A DNA stretch of 56,899 nt, filler included, from Jimgerdemannia flammicorona (GCA_003990765.1; 3 parts of 3 records of this genome joined end to end with filler, not necessarily neighbours in it); one strand, 5' to 3'; shown: positions 25,368-38,001, counted from the whole stretch's first letter. Program-made: numbers and translations. Notes: generated by a model not told the origin, from the letters alone.

Positions 25368-26465
25368 TTAGGCGCTGTCTGGGTAGTCTTTGATGACATC
25401 ACCATCGATTGCATCATCTCTGATGAAGTAGTCATCTAGGAAGAGTGGTTCACAGATTACTTCTCCTTGTTCACTGAGGTAATAATACATTGGAACTTCA
25501 TCACCATCCCATAGGATAGCATTGTCTATCTCGTAGACTGGATAAGGTGTTGGTGGACGAAGGATGGGTGTATTGTCTTCACTTTTATTGGATTCACTGT
25601 CTGTGTACCTTCTATAGGTTACAGTACTATGAGTTGCAGGATTGTAGTAAGCTGGTAGCTGTGGTTCATGTTGCTCATACTCAGGTGGTGGAGTGGTTGG
25701 TTCAATCTCAAGGGTTGTCTGGAGGTATAGGTTGTATTCTCCAGTCTCTTCATTGTAGTTGAAATAATCAGGAGTGAATGCAGGTTAGTATTCGTGCCAG
25801 TGGTCATTGTCCCAATAAGTCTCGTATGTAGTTATGAACTGTTGTAAGTTCATTAGCAAGATTGGCAGAGTGATCAGGGTTGGCAGAGATCCTTGGCTAG
25901 AGGTCATGTTGGCATCAGAGGGATCATTGTCTTCTGCTTCATCTTCATCGAAGTGGATTATATCATAGATGTCCTTCATGGCATATCCAACTTGGGGCAT
26001 TTGTAGGATATAATCATTGGGGTGTGAGAAGGTTCTATCTGTGGTTTTGATATACTCGAGGTACTTGTGGTTGAGTTCTTGTATCATGTCGTCGATTTGG
26101 CCATAGGACAGGGTAGCAACCATTTTGCTGGTAGTAACTTGGAGATGGGGAATAATGGTACTGTACTTGTAGAAGAGTTCTCGATGTTTGTGGGCGATGA
26201 GCTTCTGGTGTTGAGACATCTGAATAATGTCTGTATTGTGGTGGTGTTCAACCATGTCTTCCAGGAGGTGGCCGATCTGGTAGTAGCTTGAGATTTGTCC
26301 AATTCAGTGGGCCTCACTAAGCATGTTCAGAGCATTCCATCAGGCTTCCACGAAGTAGAGGGGTGCCAGGCTATGGATATTCATGAGGGGCAGAGGGGGT
26401 GTGGCTCGGTTGACAATGGTATTCCAAATGTCAGCACGGATACAGTTGTAGATCTCAGTGGTCAT
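25368..26465 (-). pseudogene. LTR-embedded accessory ORF, B2 3' LTR copy (366 codons including stop)
   Basis: Same frame and length as 33736-34833; includes ORF 25785-26255. Confidence 0.8.
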
Positions 26466-26965
26466 GTTTGTGTGTTTGGAAGTTGTGGTTGTTGTTTGTT
26501 TTAGTTCTCTGATTTGATGTGTCTCGGTGCTTAGTATATATGCATTTAGTCCTGATTGGTAAGATTCTGTTTGTGTAAATCTTGTGTTCTGTGACTTCGT
26601 ATTGACTCAGCTTTGTGCACTGTGACTTCGGTTTGACTCAGCTTCATGATCAAGCAGGTGATTTCCAGATTTGTTCAGAGGTCATGTGTGATTTCAGTGG
26701 CTTGTTCAGAGGGTGACATGTAATTTCAGTGGCTTGGAGGTTGTGCACTTACAACTCTCCCCTTCTTAGCTTTCAACATCCTCATCGGGGTCTTCTAATT
26801 TTATTCAGTGGTATAGAGAGAATAGGCTTGCTTTCAGTTTTGCTATTTCTCCAGAGGGTCAGTATTCTTGTCTTGTTTTGCTGAGTTCTTGGTTTGGTTT
26901 GTGATAATTATAATATTTGGGAGGATAATATATAGTATGTACAGATAGGTGCAGAATACTTGGTT

Positions 26966-29900
26966 CTAGTTGTTCAAGGAATCATATTCCTGAACTAGGT
27001 CAGTAGCATTCTAGAGATTGGTCTTGGGTTCCCAGGTTGCATCATGGATCGGGTAACCTTTCTATTTGACAAGGTACTCAGGGTGGTTTTTGTTGCCATG
27101 TTTGTTGAGAATTTATTCAACTTCATACTCTTCTTGATCATTAATGATGACAGGTGCAGGTGGTTTGGTGGTCCAGTTTGAAAATAGCTCATCATCATTG
27201 TCATTGTATCGCTTGAGATGTTGAACATTAAAGACTGGGTGGATCTTAATGGTGTCCGGTAGCACCAGTTTGTAGGAGATTGGAGAGACTTGTGCAATGA
27301 CTTCAAATAGTCCAATGAACTTGCTATTCAGCTTTGTAGATGGTCTGTGCTTGAGGTTGTCAACTTGGTATCCTCTGATGTCTAGTAGAACTTTTTCTCC
27401 AATATCAAAAGTTTCTTCTTGGTGGTGTTGGTTAACATACTGTAATTGTTGTTCTTGAGCTCGTGATAAATTCTCGATGGCAATCTGGCTTAAATTGCGC
27501 ATTCGAAGTAAGAATTCTTCAACAGCTTTGACTGTGGAGGGTTCTTCAGTGGTTTGGATAAGTGTCAAAGGGGTGTTTGGATTTTGTCCAGTGTTGGCGA
27601 AGAATGGGGTCATTCCAAGAGAGGCTTGCTTACTATTGTTGTAGGCAAACTCAACTGCAGTAAGGTGTTCATGCCAGTCATCTTGTCTGTAGGAAACATA
27701 GTTCCTTAGCATTTGCTCCAGAGTTCAGTTCATTCTTTCAGTTTGGCCATCAGTTTCTGGGTGAAAGGCTGTAGATAGTGCAAGTTTTATTCCAAGGTAT
27801 GCATGGAGGGCTTTCCAAAAATGGCTGGTGAATTTCGGGTCTCAGTTACTAACAATGATCTTAGGAAGGCCATGATAGCGGAAGATGTTGTCAAACAAGA
27901 GTGTGGCTATATCTGGTGCTGTTGCAGTAGTGATAGTTGGCACAAAGTGGGCTTGTTTGCTGAGATAGTCTATAAAGACAACAATTGCATCTTTCTCATT
28001 CTTGGTTCGGGGTAGTTGTACAATGAAGTCCATAGAGACTTGTTCCCAATTAGCAGATGGCACTGGGATAGGGTGAAGTAAGCTGGGTTTTGCTAGTATT
28101 GAGGACTTGTTTCATTGGCAGACATCACAGAAAGTGATGTAGATTTTGAGCTAATCTGCCATGCAGGGCCAATAGAAGTTCTGGGAGATAACTTTATAGC
28201 ATTTGTCAAATCCTAAATGTCCAGCTATAGGGGCATCATGACATTCGAATAGGATAGTCCTTTGGAGGTCTCAGTTGTTTGGAACATACAGTCTGTCCTT
28301 GTAGTAGATAGCATTGTCCTTGAGTTGGTATTGGTTGTACTGGGTATGTTTGCCAGCATCATCATTGTTCAGGATTTCTCAGAGTGCTTGAGCTTCCTTA
28401 TCATCAACACATGCTGCAATGATTTGTTCCATGATAGTGTTGGTAACCAAGGTCAGAGTTTGGATAACCTCTTTGATTAGTGGTCTGGAGATTGCATCAG
28501 CAACAATATTTTCCTTGCCAGGGTGGTACTGGATTTTGTAGTCAAAGTTGGTGAGAACTTTCATCCATCTGGCTTGCTTTTGGGAAAGGGTAGCCTGTGT
28601 CTTGATGTTGACTAATGACTTGTGGTCAGTCAATACAGTGAAGTGTGCTCCTTCTAGGTATGGTCGCCATTTGATCAGAGTGTCTATGATGGCTAGCATT
28701 TCCTTCTCGTAGGTTACGTAGTTGATTTTGGCATCGTTGAACTTGCGGGAGTGATAGGCCACAGGGTGTCCTTCTTGCATGAGCACTGCTCCAAGAGCTA
28801 GGTCAGAGGCATCAGTAGTGACTTCATATGGTAGGGCAGGGTTTGCTACTTGAAGTACTGGTGTGGTTATCAGGGCATCTTTCAGTGCTTGAAAGGTGGT
28901 ATCTTGCTCGTGTCTCCAATTTACAAGATTGTTGAAGTCTTTCTCTTGTTTCATGGTCCAGGGTTGTTCTTGTTTCTTGCTGTGCTTGGTCATTTAGGTG
29001 AGGGCTGTAGCAATTTTAGCAAAGTTGGCAACAAATCGCCTGTAATAGTTTGCTAATCCCAGAAATGACTGGAGGTCTTTCAGTTTCTTTGGTCTGGGCC
29101 AATCTTTGATTGCAGAGATTTTGCTGGGGTCCACTTTGATTCCATTCAGAGTGACAATGTGCCCAAGGAATTGAATTTCTTTCAGAAGAAATTCACACTT
29201 GCTGAGTTTTGCAAAGAGTCGGTTTTCTCGGAGTTTCAGTAGTACTAGTTCAAGGTGTTCAAGATGTTCCTCCAGGGTTTTGCTGAAGACTAGGATATTG
29301 TCAATGTAGACAACAACAAATTTGTCCAGATATGGATGCAAAATGGTATTCATCAGTGTCTGGAAGGTTGCTGGAGCATTAGTTAAGCCAAAGGGCATAA
29401 CCAGGAACTCGAAGTGTCCATAGTGAGTTCGGAAAGCTGTCTTGTAGATGTCTTCTTCTTTCATGGCAATTTGCCAGTAACTATTTCGCAGGTCAAAGGA
29501 GCTTATGAATTGTGGGTTAGTGAGCCTATCGAATATTTCGTCGATCCTTGATAGTGAGCAACAGTTCTTGATAGTCTATTCATTGAGATCGCAATAGTCA
29601 ATGCACATTCGCAGGTCTCCTCTTTTTTTGACAACAAAGAGGACTGGTGTACCATAGGGTGATATGCTGGGTCTGATGAATTCTTGTTCTAGGAGTTCGT
29701 CAATTTCTTTCTTGAGTGAATTGATTTCTCTCGGAGACATGTGGTAGATTGACTTGAAGGCTAGTTTGGTATCTGGGATAGTCTTGATTGCATAGTCTAC
29801 TGCTCATTTGGGAGGTAGGCCTTTTGGGAGCTTCTTTGGAAATATATCTCAGAATTTCTGGAGTAGTGGTCTGATATGGCTGTCAACTTTGGAAAAGTCT

Positions 29901-32900
29901 TCTTCAGAGTTCTTGGGTTCTCCTTTGGTTGGGTGGATGGAGATGGCAAAGAGAGGGCATTTCTTGGCCAATTTCTTGAGTTGTAGCTTGTTGATGTGGG
30001 TGATCTTTGGTCCAGGGTCACTAGAGTTGAGTGAGTTCTTTTCGCCTTGTAGTTTGAAGTTGTGGTGTCCTTTCTTGATGGTCAGAGAATGGTTTACCCA
30101 ATCGATCATGGGGTTCTCTTGTTTTAACCATAGAGTTCCAAGGATGATTTTGTTGTCAGGGAGTGGTACGATCTGGAGGGTAATATGTACTCAGTAGTCA
30201 CCAATTTGGAAGGGTAGATTGTGGACTTCTTTGCTAATAACATGTGAGGTTCCATCAGCTATAGCAACTGCTTGAGTTTGCTATACTGGAGAGGTGAAGA
30301 CCTTGAGTCTGTTGGCTGTCTCTTTATTGATGAAGTTGCCTGAGGCACCACTGTCTATTATAATCTTGACAGGTACTCCATTGACAAAAGCCTTAAGGGT
30401 GAGCAGTTTGTCTGATCCAATGGTGGTGATTTCAGTTGTAGGAGCCTTTCTTCTGTTGGTTCTTCTTTGAGCTAGTTCATTGACACAAGAGAAGCAATCA
30501 TCAATCATTTGGGAAGAGTACATTCCAATACCATGAGGGCATCAGCCACTTGGTATATATCTATCTTCGATCTTCTTGTAGAATTGTTCTTCTTTGCTCA
30601 TGGTAGGTTGGGCTGGGGCTTTGTTTGATAAGCCAAATCCTTTGGATCCTCAGATGGTGGGCAGTAGTTCAGGGACTTCCTTGACTGTCAGAGTTGACTT
30701 GATTTTTTCGAATAGGATCTGGGCAATGCAGAAACCAATAGGGATCTTGAAGGGTGTCCAACTGTGGTTTTGGATGAGGACAATAATTTCGCCTGTGTAA
30801 TCCTCATCAATGACTCCTCCTTCTACTGAGAGTCCTTTCAACGCTAGGCTGCTGTAACAGCATATTCTTCCAACATGTCCTTCAGGGATTTGGATACTGA
30901 TTCCTATGTAGACTTGTTTGACTTCTCGGTTAGAAACTGTAGCTTCTTTGGCTGCATACAGGTCATATCCAGCTGCTTTTTGACTTCCTTTGGTTGGGGC
31001 TTTAGCAGTTTGTCTTAACTTGACAAGGTCTAGTGTTCTGGTAGTCAGGTTGTTGAGGTGGTGAAGAGTGGTAACAGTTGCTCGTATTGCTGTTTGGGGT
31101 TTTCGGTTAGGGCAGGCGCTGGCCATGTATCCTGTCTTTTGGTAATAGAAACATACTCCACTTCTTCGAAGTTTATTCCTTTCACCTTCAGTAAGTTTCT
31201 TGAAGGTACTGGGCTGGGAGGGTTCAGGATTTCTGAGTGTCCAAGAGGTGGATGTGGAGGGAGCTCAGGATGCTTCATGCTTAGGTTCTTCTTTCTTGGT
31301 CCAAGTCCTTTCCTTGTTGTTAAATTGTCTTTGGGGCAGAATTGGTCCAGCTGTTAGGATTCGCTTGACCATAGTCTTGATTCTTGCCAGGCACCATTGT
31401 TGGTGGTCACAACCAACTGGACAGCCTTGTTCTCAGATTTTTCTAGTAAGCCATTCAGGCAGTGCATCGAATAAATGGTCTGCTCTTGTACCATTTCGTG
31501 CTTCATCATTGGCGATATATCCTAGGCCAACAGTGTTCAGGAGTGACTCGAGTTTTTTACAGAAGGTTTCAAATTCTTCTTTGCCATATATATCAAATTT
31601 GAGGTTGTGGAGTTTTACTCGAGATTCAGCAATCATGGTTTCACTGTGATATTGAGCAATCATGAGTTGTTTGAGTCCAGGGGCTGCAGGGTGGGCTCTA
31701 TATCCTGGGGCATTGTTTGCTACATTCTGGGCAACTACTGCAGGTCGGGTATCCCATGTGAGGAGTTTTTCAGGAAGGGTTCGCCACCATTCTTTGGCAG
31801 GTCCTCGGAAGAATGTAACAACTCGGTGGACATAGGCTGTAGTGGTAGCAAAGAGTTGTTCCAGAGTGTGGTCTTGATTGTTCGTCAGAACGCAGTCAGC
31901 AACTCACTCATTGGTCCATTGATTGGCTTCAAAGTTGGTGTCAACTATACTAATGAAGCTTTGGACTTCTTGTACAGTACCATTGAAGGTAGGTAGGCTC
32001 AGATTTTTGGTAGGTCGGGTCTGTTCAGCTAAGGCAGTAATGGTTGCTGCCATTATGGCTACCTGAGCTATAAGGTCTAGAATCTGTTGGTTTGCTATGT
32101 TGTTTACTAGAGGTGGTTAGACTGCTGGTAGTGGTATTACTGGTACTACTTGAGGTACTGGTGTAGAGTGTGATGGGGTTCTTTGGGTCTGTGTAAGTTG
32201 CTGGAGTAGTAGTTGTGGGTCTGGAGTGAGAGCTTGATAGATAACTGTTTGTTGCTGTATAGGTGTATTCTGTCCTGATGGAGGTACTTCTCCTTCGGTA
32301 GTATATCTGGGATCAAATTTACTGAGATAATCCTCCTCTTCTTTGGTTTGGTCCCCATGTAATTGGGTTTGCTCAGCGTCGAAGTAGACAGAATCAGTTG
32401 TATATCTGATTTCAGATGGACTTAATTCAAAGTCAAGTTCAGGTTTGGTATTGGTTTCAGATTCGGGTAGAGCTGTAGCAGGGCCTGCTTCAGGTTTGGG
32501 ATCAGGTAGTTGATGAAGGGTTTCTCTTGCTTCTTCTTTTAGGATATGGCGGGCCTTGCTGTTCTGGAATCGGTAGTATAAGGCGGTCTTGGTCCTGGTG
32601 TGGTGAAAGTTGGTAGAGTTGAGCCACTTAACTACAGAGGCTTGGGCTTCGTGAGGAACTAAGGCTAGAAAGACTGCTGCTGGTTGTCCTAGGTCACTCG
32701 GATTTGTGGAGCTGACAAAACTCTTGTTCAGAAGAGTAAAGAAGGCTTCAATAAGACCTTCTTCATCTTGACTTGCTGGGTGTAGTGCAAGGAGTTTGGT
32801 GAATAGGGTTTCACCTATTTGCTGGTTTAACCAGAGTACTTCTTTCTTTGAATGAAGTTTGTCCCACTTGTTGCAGGTGTGGAGGTCAAATTGTCCTTGT

Positions 32901-33058
32901 ACATCAGGTTCAATTCTCTCCAGATTGTCAGATAGTTCAGGATAAATTCCGGTTCAGAGATTGGGCTTTATACCAACTTGTAGGAATTCTCAGAAGGGTT
33001 TGTAGCAGGATAAGGAAGCATCTTGAAGCGGAATTGGATTATAAACCACTGTTACCAA
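26966..33058 (-). pseudogene. gag-pol: B2 single-frame gag-pol polyprotein with only in-frame stops
   Basis: ORFs starting 31663, 31126, 30523, 30109, 29464, 28993, 28063 and 27712 are all in one frame; LPTFNG (gag), CFYYQKTGYMASAC (knuckle), IIDSGASGNFI (PR), YIDN (RT, decayed YIDD), chromodomain. Confidence 0.93.
30620..31040 (-). pseudogene. dut: dUTPase domain of B2, between gag zinc knuckle and protease
   Basis: AAGYDL, SSLA, GGVIDEDYTGEI, IAQ, *GSKGFG motifs. Confidence 0.92.
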
Positions 33059-33060
33059 GT
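33043..33060 (-). promoter_or_regulatory. Primer-binding site of B2 (TGGTAACAGTGG, possibly tRNA-iMet-like)
   Basis: ACT-TGGTAACAGTGG directly follows the 5' LTR end; tRNA identity is inferred from resemblance to TGGTAGCAG only. Confidence 0.5.
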
Positions 33061-33735
33061 TGTAAGAGGGTTACTTTTTAGGGTAACCATTACGTAGTTC
33101 TGGAAAGGTTTTCTGAATATTCTGGATGTTCTGGAAGACCATTTTCTTATGATCAAGATCAATTTCATATGGAGTACATTCTCTATACTTATTGATTTCA
33201 AGATCGGGTTGACGTCTCAACCAAAGTCCTTTTTTGGACTAGTTCTAGATGTTCAGGATTTTCTGTATTTCAGGAAGTTCAAGAAACTAAGACCAGCTTA
33301 GTTGAATTAGTGTATCGCTGCAGATAATCCCAATTAGGAAATTTCATGACAGGCTCAGGAGTGGGACCTAACAGGGAGTGGATTTACTTAAGAGTGATTT
33401 GTGGATTATGGAATAGGTTTATTTGCTATTCATGATATTGCTATACTAGGAGTATTTGTATGAAGGAATATTGTAGGGAAGTATTCAGGAATGTTCTTGT
33501 GTGTTCGAGTCTGAGATTCTGAGGTCTGGGGGAGGGGGTATTTATACTAGTGAGGGGCTATCTGGACTATACTAGATATGGATGTAGTACTAAGTGCCTT
33601 GCTGAGTTGGAATGCAGTCATATAGTACAAGTGTGATCTGATATGTCAAGAGATCGTCTGACTGCTGAGTCAGTTCACAGTCACGTCATACAATGCTAAT
33701 CTAACTATACTATGACTGCTAGGCTATTTATGGGT

Positions 33736-34833
33736 TTAGGTGCTGTCTGGGTAGTCTTCGATGACATCACCATCGATTGCATCATCTCTGATGAAGTAGT
33801 CGTCTAGGAAGAGTAGTTCATGGATTACTTCTCCTTATTCACTAAGGTAATAATACATTGGAACTTCGTCACCATCCCATAGGATAGCATCGTCTGTCTC
33901 ATAGGCTGGATAAGGTGTTGGTAGACGAAGGATGGGTATATTGTCTTCACTTTTATTGGATTCGCTGTCTGTATACCTTCTATAGGTTACAGCACTATGA
34001 GTTGCAAGATTGTAGTAAGCTGGCGGCTGTGGTTCATGTCGCTCGTACTCAGGTGGTGGAGTGGTTGGTTCAATCTCGAGGGTTGTCTGGAGGTACAGAT
34101 TGTGTTCTCCAGTCTCTTCATTGTAGTTGAAGTAATCGAGAGTGAATGCAGATTGGTATTCATGCCAGTGGTCATTGTCCCAATAAGTCTCGTATGTAGT
34201 TATGAACTATTGTAAGTTCATTGGTAAGGTTGGTGGAGTGATCAGGGTTGGCAGAGATCCTTGGCTAGAGGTCATGTCGGCATCAGAGGGATCATTGTCT
34301 TCTGCTTCATCTTCATCGAAGTGGATTATATTATAGATGTCCTTCATGGTGTATCCAACTTGGGGCATTTGTAGGATATGATCATTGGGGTGTAGGAAGG
34401 TTCTATCTGTGGTTTCGATGTACTCAAGGTACTTGTGGTTGAGTTCTTGTATCATGTCGTCGATTTGGCCATAGAATAGGGTAGCAACCATTTTGCTAGT
34501 AGTAACTCGGAGGTGGGGAATAATGGTACTGTACTCATAGAAGAGTTCTCGATGTTTGCGGGTGATGAGCTTCTGGTGTTGAGACATCTGGGTTATGTCT
34601 GTATCATGGTAGTGTTCAACCATGTCTTCCAGAAGGCGGCCGATCTGGTAGTAGCTTAAGATTTGTCTGATTCGGTAGGCCTCGCTAAGCATGTTCAGAG
34701 TGTTCCATCGAGCTTCCATGAAGTAGAGGGGTGCCAGGCTATGGATATTCATGAGGGGCAGAGGGGGTGTAGCTCGGTTGACAATGGTATTCCAAATGTC
34801 AGCACAGATACAGTTGTAGATCTCAGTAGTCAT
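33736..34833 (-). pseudogene. LTR-embedded accessory ORF, B2 5' LTR copy (best preserved; two internal stops)
   Basis: ORF 34207-34890 plus in-frame continuation to TAA 33736-33738. Confidence 0.82.
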
Positions 34834-37189
34834 ATTTGTGTGTTTGGAAGTTGTGGTTGTTGTTTGTTTTGGTTCTCCGATTTGACGCATCTCGGTACTT
34901 GGTATATATACATTTGGTCCTGATTGGTAAGATTCTGTTTGTGTAAATCTTGTGTTCTGTGACTTTGTATTGACTCAGCTTTGTGTGCTGTGACTTCAGT
35001 TTGACTCAGCTTCATGATCAAGCAGGTGATTTCCAGATTTGTTCAGAGCTCGTGTGTGATTTCAGTGGCTTGTTCAGAGGGTGATGTGTAATTTCAGTGG
35101 CTTGGAGGTTGTGCACTTACATAGGTTTATTTATTATTTATGATATTACTATACTAGGAGTAGTTATAAAGAGATATTATGAAGAAGTATTTAGAAGTTG
35201 TGTTTGGATTGTTCAAGTCTGTAATTCTGAGGTCTGGGGAAGGAGATATTTATACTAATAGGAGGCTATCTAGACTATGCTAAATATAGATATAGTACTT
35301 AGTACTTTGTTGAGTCAAAATGCAGTTATATTATAAATGTGAACTGACATATCAAGAGATCATCTGACTGCTGAGTTAGTTTACAATTACTAACTACTAA
35401 GCTATCTATAGATTTAGATGCTATCTGGATAGTCTTTAATAATATTACCTTTGATGATATTATCTCTGATAATATCTGAGCAGTTTTCTGACTTCTGATA
35501 TCATCAGTTTCAAAGATGTTGTCACATCTGTCTCTTGCAAAACTAAAGCTATTCTTGATGGTAATAGTTATATAAGAATAACAGATCTTAGTTCTCTTTT
35601 TTTTTAGACTATTGGTATATTTGCAAGAACTGGCTATTCTTATCTAGAGCAAGAGCTCTTATTATCATAGCTGGGGGTTTGAACCTCTTGGAAATGATAT
35701 TTTCTATAATCCAAGATAATTTCTAGTAGCAATATCTGTCATATAGATAGACTTGAGATTGGTTTCAATAATGTTGGCTTTCTTGAGTTTAGATAAAGCA
35801 TCTGTCATTCTCCAATAGAGGTGATACAGATAGAGTGAATAGAGTTATTCAAATATATTTTGCTTTTGCTAAGTAATAAGGTCTTATATAGTTGCAGTAT
35901 ATCTTAGTCTTGAGTTAATAAGTACAGTTTATGAACCTTTAGTAGATGAGATAGGTTCTTCTTATTTCAGTTTGAGTTTAGTACTTCAGTTTTCTTTTGT
36001 AATAGTATAGTATATCAAAACTAGTTATAGAGATTTAGGGTCAGTTTAATGATTATAGTACTTCTTCTGATATTCTTATATCTTAGCAGTAAGTCCTTAT
36101 ACTTACTGGTATATTTTGTATAACCAGGTGATCTCTTTAGTAACTTGTTTTGTAATCTTGCATGTAGTTTCTAAATTAGTTCTGAGGGTAATATGTGATT
36201 TTGGTGGCTTAGAGGCTGTGTACTTACAACTCTCCCCTTTTTAGCTTTCAATATCCTCATCAAGATCTTCTAATTTGATCTAGTGTTATTATATCATTTA
36301 GATAGTTCTTGTAGCTATATTTATTGAGGATTTGTTCAACTTTGTATTCTTTCTAGTTATTAATAATGATAGGTATAGATAGTATTGTAGTTTAGTTCAG
36401 GAATATGTCTCAGAATTTCTAAAGTAAGGGTCTGATATAGCTATCAACTTTGGAAAAGTCTTCTTTGAGGTTTTCTGGTTCTTCTTTGAATAGTTGGATA
36501 GAGATAGCAAAGAAAGGGCATTTCTTAGCCAATTTCTTGAGTTATAACTTATTGATGTGGGTGATCTTTGGTCCAGAATTGCTAGAACTGAGTGGGTTTT
36601 TTTCACCTTATAGTTTGAAATTGTGGCATCTCTTCTTGATAGTCAGGAAATGGTTTACCCAATTGATTATAGAGTTTTCTTATTTTAACCATGGGATCCT
36701 AAGGATGATTTTATTGTCAGAAAGTGATACAATTTGAAGTGTAACATATACTTAGTAGTCATCAATTCAGAAGGGTAAGTTGTAGACTTTCTTATTAATA
36801 ACATGTGAGATTCCATCAGCTATGGTAACTGCTTGAGTCTATTGTACTGGAGAGGTCAGGACCTTGAGTCTATTGGCTATTTCTTTATTGATAAAGTTGC
36901 CTGAGATACTACTGTCTATCATAATCTTAATAGGTGCTTAATTGATAAAAGCTTGTAGTATAAGAAGTTTGTCTGATTTGATAGTAGTAATTTCAGTTAT
37001 AAGAGCTTTCCTTCTATTGGTTCTTCTTTGGATCAGTTCATTGATATAAGAGAAGCAATCATCAATCATTTAAGAAGAGTACATTCCAATACTATATGGG
37101 TATCAGCCATTTGGTACAAATCCATCTTTAATTTTCTTATAGAATTATTTTTCTTTACTTATAGTAGATTGGGCTAGAGCTTTATTTGA

Positions 37190-37600
37190 TAAGTTAAATC
37201 CTCTAAATTCTTAGATGGTAGGCAGTAGTTTAGGGACTTCCTTGACTATCAGAGTTGATTCAATTTTCTTAAATAGGATCTAGGCAATACAGAAACCAAT
37301 AGAGATCTTGAAGGGTGTCCAACTATAGTTTCAGATGAGACAATGATTTTACCTGTATAATCCTCATCAATGACTCCTCCTTCTACTGAGAGTTCTTTTA
37401 ATACTAGGTTGCTGTGACAGTATATTTTTTCAACATATTCTTCAGGAATTTAAATGCTGATTCCTGTATAGACTTGCTTAACTTCTCAGTTGGAAACTAT
37501 AGCTTCTTCAGCTATATATAGGTCATATCTAGCTGCCTTTTGACTTTCTTTGGTTGGGGCCTTGGCAGTTGGTCTTAACTTGACAAAGTTCAGTGTTTTG
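37190..37600 (-). pseudogene. dut: Decayed dUTPase of B3
   Basis: Aligns with 30620-31040; EGGVIDEDYTG retained. Confidence 0.8.
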
Positions 37601-37682
37601 GTGGTTAGATTGTTGAGGTAGTATAGAGTGGTAATGGTTGCTTATATTGCTGTTTGGGGTTTTCAGTTGGGGCAGGTACTGA

Positions 37683-37901
37683 TAGTGCTCCGAACGAGTC
37701 AATCCGGATGGGATTCGGATGGATTCGAATTGGATTCGAATCAGATTCGAATCGGATTCGAATCCCATCCGGATGGATTCGAATCAACCATTGTTTTGAT
37801 TTCCAAATTAGACAATTAAATGTTTACATCAATAACTTGATGAATAATCATCCAAATTTGATGATCTTGGTGTCATTTGAAAGCCCTTAATAAGGCCTTT
37901 C
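37683..37901. mobile_element. hAT-type MITE, left part (young, CpG-rich), cut by contig end
   Basis: Starts TAGTGCTCCGAACGAGTC like the TIRs at 51349 and 54609; GATTCGAATC repeats; interrupts the B3 knuckle-dUTPase junction. Confidence 0.75.
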
Positions 37902-38001
37902 NNNNNNNNNNNNNNNNNNNNNNNNNNNNNNNNNNNNNNNNNNNNTTAATTAATTAANNNNNNNNNNNNNNNNNNNNNNNNNNNNNNNNNNNNNNNNNNN
38001 N
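37902..38001. other. Artificial contig spacer (N44-TTAATTAATTAA-N44)
   Basis: 100 bp, linker at 37946-37957. Confidence 0.97.

Larger units (their letters stand above)
24688..35121 (-). mobile_element. Full-length chromovirus B2 (gag-dUTPase-PR-RT-RH-IN-chromodomain; about 2.06-kb LTRs carrying an ORF)
   Basis: LTRs 24688-26753 and 33061-35121 share a private 33-bp-scale duplication absent from B1; 5-bp TSD TAGGT at 24683-24687 and 35122-35126; PPT AAGAAGGGGAGAG; PBS next to 33060. Confidence 0.95.
24357..37682 (-). mobile_element. Older, internally deleted family-B-related element B3 (LTR split by B2 insertion; dUTPase-PR joined to chromodomain start)
   Basis: LTR pieces 24357-24687 and 35127-36228 rejoin across TSD TAGGT; PPT at 36229-36243; 36395-37682 aligns with B2 29835-31120. 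Confidence 0.8.

Noticed and set aside
19004..29480. Large inverted repeat (B1 versus B2) as giant TIRs or a palindromic duplication
   Set aside because: The copies have private indels, separate insertion sites and a TSD around B2, so they are independent insertions in opposite orientation
19004..33058. Alternative genetic code or stop-codon readthrough to explain many in-frame TGA/TAA/TAG in pol
   Set aside because: Stops differ between copies and correspond to CGA/CAA/CAG/TGG in sister copies, which indicates mutational decay
37695..37790. GATTCGAATC repeats as a CRISPR array or satellite
   Set aside because: No unique spacers and no cas genes; they are subterminal repeats of a MITE family with TIRs and 8-bp TSDs
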